The notes below the pieces were generated by a model. That model searched no databases, was not told where the DNA came from, and worked only from the letters and a program-made list of their open reading frames with translations. The position numbers and the translations under genes were made by a program. 64,000 nucleotides of DNA from Alphaproteobacteria bacterium (GTDB taxonomy: Bacteria > Pseudomonadota > Alphaproteobacteria > Bin95), in the NCBI GenBank assembly GCA_964291285.2, contig OZ219786.1, positions 192,001 to 256,000 on the forward strand, read 5' to 3'. Positions within the stretch are counted from its first letter, which is position 1. Each line of letters begins with the position of its first letter. Below, piece by piece: positions 61,501-64,000 of the stretch.

Positions 61501-62870
61501 TTGCCCGTGCCCGCATGGCCCTGCACGCCCACCACCCTGTCCTGCGTGAGTAAAATCGTGCGCACCGCCTCGCGCTGGCCCTCCGTCAGCGGACCGGCGG
61601 CCAGCTCCCTCTCCACCGCCGCCCCGTCCGCCGCCGGCGCCCCCGCCCCGGCGCCGTCGCGCATCCAGGCGATATTGCCGCGCTCCGCCCGGAGCGCCCG
61701 CTCGGTGACGAACGCCCGCTCCGCGCCGCGCAGGGACGCCGCAACCAGATGCCCGTCGCGCCGCAACTCCTCCACCGCCGTCTCGACCTCGCGCAGCGAA
61801 TACCGCCCGGGCGCCTGGCCGAGCGCATGCGCCGCGATGTCGCCGGCCGCGAACACCGAAGACCGCTCCTCAAGATGCGCCACCGCCCGCCAGACCGCTT
61901 CATGGACCGGCAGGACGGGGCGCGCCTCCGCCTGCCTCTCCACGCGCCGTTCGCGCCGCGCCCGCGCCGCCGCCTCGCGGGACGGCAGGCCCGCCTCCCT
62001 GGCGCGGCGCCGCCATATCCGCCGCAGCTCGTCCATGGCCGGCTCTGCCTTGCGACGGCGCGTGTAGAGCGCCGCCTGCTGCGCCCGGGCCGCGCTGTAG
62101 GCCCCGCCCCGTCGCCTGATGTCCTCCAGGATGTCCCGCCGACGGGTCGAGAACGCCTCGCGTACCTCCCGGTCGTAGCCCTCCAGCTCGAAACCCGGCA
62201 CCGGCCCGATCATCACCGGCACGATCCCATAGCCGAGCGCCTCCAGCCGCCGCGCCAGCTCGTTGCGGTAATGCGCCCCGATCAGCTTCTTGTGGCGGCG
62301 GATCGCCGTCGCCTCGATGCTCCGCCACTCGCCCGCCCCGTTCCGGGTCATGTTCGCCACCACGCAGTGCGTGTGCAGCTGCGGGTCCAGATTGCGGCTC
62401 GCAAGGTGCCGGAAGGTCGCCGCCGCCATGCCGTGCGCCTTCACACGCGGGCGCCTGCGGGTCTCCGGGTCCCAGCCCCGCGTCTGCAGAAGCTCCGCCT
62501 CCACCCGGTCCAGCGCCGCGCGCACCGCCTCGTCATGCGCGCGGACCACCCGCCTGTCGCCGTGCAGCAGCGCCGCCAGCGATACCGACTTCGGCGCCGA
62601 AAGCGTGATGTCCACCCCCGGACGGTGCTGGTGCTCGCCGTCGCGCAGGCGGCCCAGCCGGATATCCGTGCCCGGCACGCAGCCCTGGAGGATCGCATGG
62701 AACTTCTTCGGCGAGACATGCCGGCCCAGGCCCAGCGCCCGCGCCGCCTCGCCGTGCCAGAAGCTCGCCCGGCGGTGCTCCGGGTCGCCCTTCGCGTAGT
62801 AGCCGTCCTGCTCGAAATAGTGGACCGTCGAACTCGCCGACCCCAGGGCAATCGCTTTTGGGCCTGTCAT
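58533..62870 (-). CDS. mobF: MobF (TrwC-type) relaxase-helicase; native first codons replaced by an IS end
   Basis: Motifs HYFEQDGYY, DITLSAPKSVS, HLASRNLDPQLHTH, Walker A GHAGTGKT, VDEASM and HAAQGTT. Confidence 0.9.
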   Translation of the reverse strand: MTGPKAIALGSASSTVHYFEQDGYYAKGDPEHRRASFWHGEAARALGLGRHVSPKKFHAILQGCVPGTDIRLGRLRDGEHQHRPGVDITLSAPKSVSLAALLHGDRRVVRAHDEAVRAALDRVEAELLQTRGWDPETRRRPRVKAHGMAAATFRHLASRNLDPQLHTHCVVANMTRNGAGEWRSIEATAIRRHKKLIGAHYRNELARRLEALGYGIVPVMIGPVPGFELEGYDREVREAFSTRRRDILEDIRRRGGAYSAARAQQAALYTRRRKAEPAMDELRRIWRRRAREAGLPSREAAARARRERRVERQAEARPVLPVHEAVWRAVAHLEERSSVFAAGDIAAHALGQAPGRYSLREVETAVEELRRDGHLVAASLRGAERAFVTERALRAERGNIAWMRDGAGAGAPAADGAAVERELAAGPLTEGQREAVRTILLTQDRVVGVQGHAGTGKTVMLRETARLAGERKVVGLAPSMAAVRALEREAGIPARTLQWFLARHRDIGDRIAGPERLAEARLAFGGAVLAVDEASMVSSAQMRQLMRIAERIGIARLALVGDTGQLRSVEAGQPFRQLQQAGMATARMDEVLRQRDLDLREAVTAIREGEPAEAMERLGGNVHEAESDELGEAAARLWLSLHPEARARTAIMAPTHALREDINEAVREGLRDEGLLHGRVLEIDRLVGLGLTRAQKADVANYRPGDVLVFHNDLYRFRVKADDACTVTGAEGGRVLLEHPDGRPRRIDPSKPVRYRYEAYETRPIRLQAGDRIRWTRNDRARGLFNGGDAAVLAIGSRLVKIGIEDGRTLSMRRDDPQLRHVDHAWSATLHAAQGTTRDNAIVVLDSGHGLPVDRAAFYVGISRARDNAVVLTDNREDLVEALEAHAGTAMTALEAVGEEIAPPAPLPIPAREALWPDLSAWRALEEEARRQNTIPFYVEGCADAVEQLAELGRTPGVAAGVAAEAERAAEAHEAAGKARATLDGLDDGMRTALAVRRIQFDPAGEGAGNYRIWRDDASRLRREADGIAAEEERYRPHLDAAPALRDGIAGAGAELHAVLDADDAAFAVLDEWEELEARADEAGTHWFHAEDRDGVLLRMAGVLELAHLDAALRRKLSDLIAERDAIAAAKAAAEPLAAKLRECVEKRERLIDGAGENRAVYSVLPALEAWREEAGGLLEEARGLPDEDGSFAHAGALPELRDGIARDRKSLQGAVSLDRRHAACLRKRRKVVTRDTGTPLFYREGNEEVVWSMRLLAAEPDLDAEARALLERLVAQHDAAAAAKAEVENLVVELRFSLDLRRQLSDLAAEQRRSVTEEGTGYRAWADEAARLCGRADRVLAGTRYAPHLDRIEGARGDIGRDSGRLARALETDAAWTAFAPRLENSRLNVPELRQVVEEAKRMLDRPELDPGARRRLEIHLRVRDPARQQGLSRDIGPGGGISV

Positions 62871-63108
62871 GCTGCGGCCCGGATCAAGTTGAGGAGCAAG
62901 TCGTCGTTCCAGGCGGCGCGCTTGAGTTTTCCGCGCATGGCGTCTTTTGTGGGTTCGCGGCGTGCGATGTTGAGGGCGAGGCGTCGGATCAGGGCGAGGT
63001 TTTCGGGTCCGTGGTCCTTGCGGTTTCGCTGTCGGTCCTCGTTCATGGTCACGTCGAGCACCCAGTGCAGGCAGTTTTCGATGGTCCAATGGGCGCGCGC
63101 GGCGTGCT
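62844..63108 (-). mobile_element. Right end and transposase C-terminus of a second ISAs1-family element, interrupted by another IS
   Basis: RAHWTIENCLHWVLDV.MNED motif; terminal GCGATTGCCCTG (CAGGG at 62844). Confidence 0.8.
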
Positions 63109-63362
63109 GAGGCGTGTGCGCTGTTTGGAAGTGCTTTCTGAGCAAGGCATTGCGGAGGGTCTGGATTTTTCTTACCCCGTCAGGATGGCTGATTTCCGGG
63201 GTTTTTGCGGTTTGAAGGGAAAGGTTTTGTGGATTTCCACCCCATGGCCGTGCGCGGGCTGGTTTTCGGGCGCGTCGCGTTGAGGCGCGGGACTGAGTAG
63301 AAGGTGTCGCCATCGGGCCTGCGGCCCTTGTTCCATCCACCGGCGCTGGTTGGGAGAACGTG

Positions 63363-64000
63363 ATGGCGACAGCGGAGAAGTTAGCCTTTTCGTGGTGGTC
63401 TGTGGAGGGCCTTGCGGACCTTGAGCGTCTGCGTGTGGTGCTCGACACGCTTCCCGACGAGAAGGTTGTGGCTGCGCTTGAGGCGGGTCGAGGCCGGGGT
63501 CGCAACGACTACCCGGTGCGGGCGATGTGGCGGGCTCTGATCGCGGGGATCGTGTTCCAGCATGCCTCGATGCAGTCGCTGCTGCGTGAGCTGGGCCGCA
63601 ACCCGGCATTGCTTGAGATTTGCGGGTTCGAGGCGCTGCCCTTGCAGGGTGCGCCGGTGGTGGCGCTTTGCGCAGGGCGCGCGGTGAGGCGTCCGGCGCC
63701 GTTGCGCTCGACGGTGCCGGGCGCCTGGAACTTCTCGCGGTTCCTGGGGCGCGTGGTGCGCCTTGAGGACGAGCGCGGCCTTGTGTCGGGGATGATCGGG
63801 CGTCTGCGCGCCTCGCTGTTCGAGGAGTTGCCGGACTTCGGTCGCCATCTCGGCTACGACGGCAAGGCGGTGGCGAGCCACTCGACGGGCCGGGTTGCCG
63901 GGGCCAGGGGGCAGACCTCGGACCCCGATGCGGACTGGGGCAGGCACGAGACGGGCGGGGTGAACGCGAAGACCGGCGCGGTGTGGAAGAAGGTGAAGTC
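63363..64000 (+). CDS. IS1182/IS5-like transposase, 5' part (element starts at about 63109 and runs off the window)
   Basis: Manual translation ...DLERLRVVLDTLPDE...GRGRNDYPVRAMWRAL...LLRELGRNPAL..ICGF...GYDGK. Confidence 0.72.
   Translation, partial: MATAEKLAFSWWSVEGLADLERLRVVLDTLPDEKVVAALEAGRGRGRNDYPVRAMWRALIAGIVFQHASMQSLLRELGRNPALLEICGFEALPLQGAPVVALCAGRAVRRPAPLRSTVPGAWNFSRFLGRVVRLEDERGLVSGMIGRLRASLFEELPDFGRHLGYDGKAVASHSTGRVAGARGQTSDPDADWGRHETGGVNAKTGAVWKKVK

Noticed and set aside
57995-61553. Long plus-strand ORFs (763 and 1045 aa) opposite the relaxase, and similar shadow ORFs elsewhere
   Set aside because: Antisense shadows of high-GC genes; Arg/Pro/Gly-rich with no motifs.
62871-63089. 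N-terminal 73 aa of the 1518-aa relaxase ORF
   Set aside because: Lies within the ISAs1 remnant in an alternative frame.

Overview
High-GC bacterial window; the gene content suggests an alphaproteobacterium (inference). Bases 1-12.9 kb are chromosomal housekeeping and catabolic genes: qor, a probable GrdB/PrdB-like selenoprotein with an in-frame UGA, a class A PBP, a TPP decarboxylase pair, E1 alpha/beta, acyl-CoA dehydrogenase, thiolase/DUF35, and an acyl-CoA ligase cut at its 5' end. From about 12.93 kb to the window end lies a composite genomic island. It holds three tandem pairs of arm-domain tyrosine recombinases and at least eight IS elements or remnants, two of which carry a DUF4338/DruA-like domain. 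It also has a frameshifted Slam (DUF560) secretion gene with a remnant of its substrate inside a ~2.1-kb inverted duplication, and a SNF2-helicase/DUF1156-methylase/DUF499-ATPase defence operon with two toxin-antitoxin pairs. Further cargo includes HEPN-like solo genes and a MobF relaxase-helicase. Two homologous modules each pair a long C4 zinc-finger-array protein with a conserved small partner and ssb, and their genes are preceded by structured repeats. These zinc-finger-array modules are the best candidate for an undescribed system. All family assignments come from motif recognition by eye; no searches were run.
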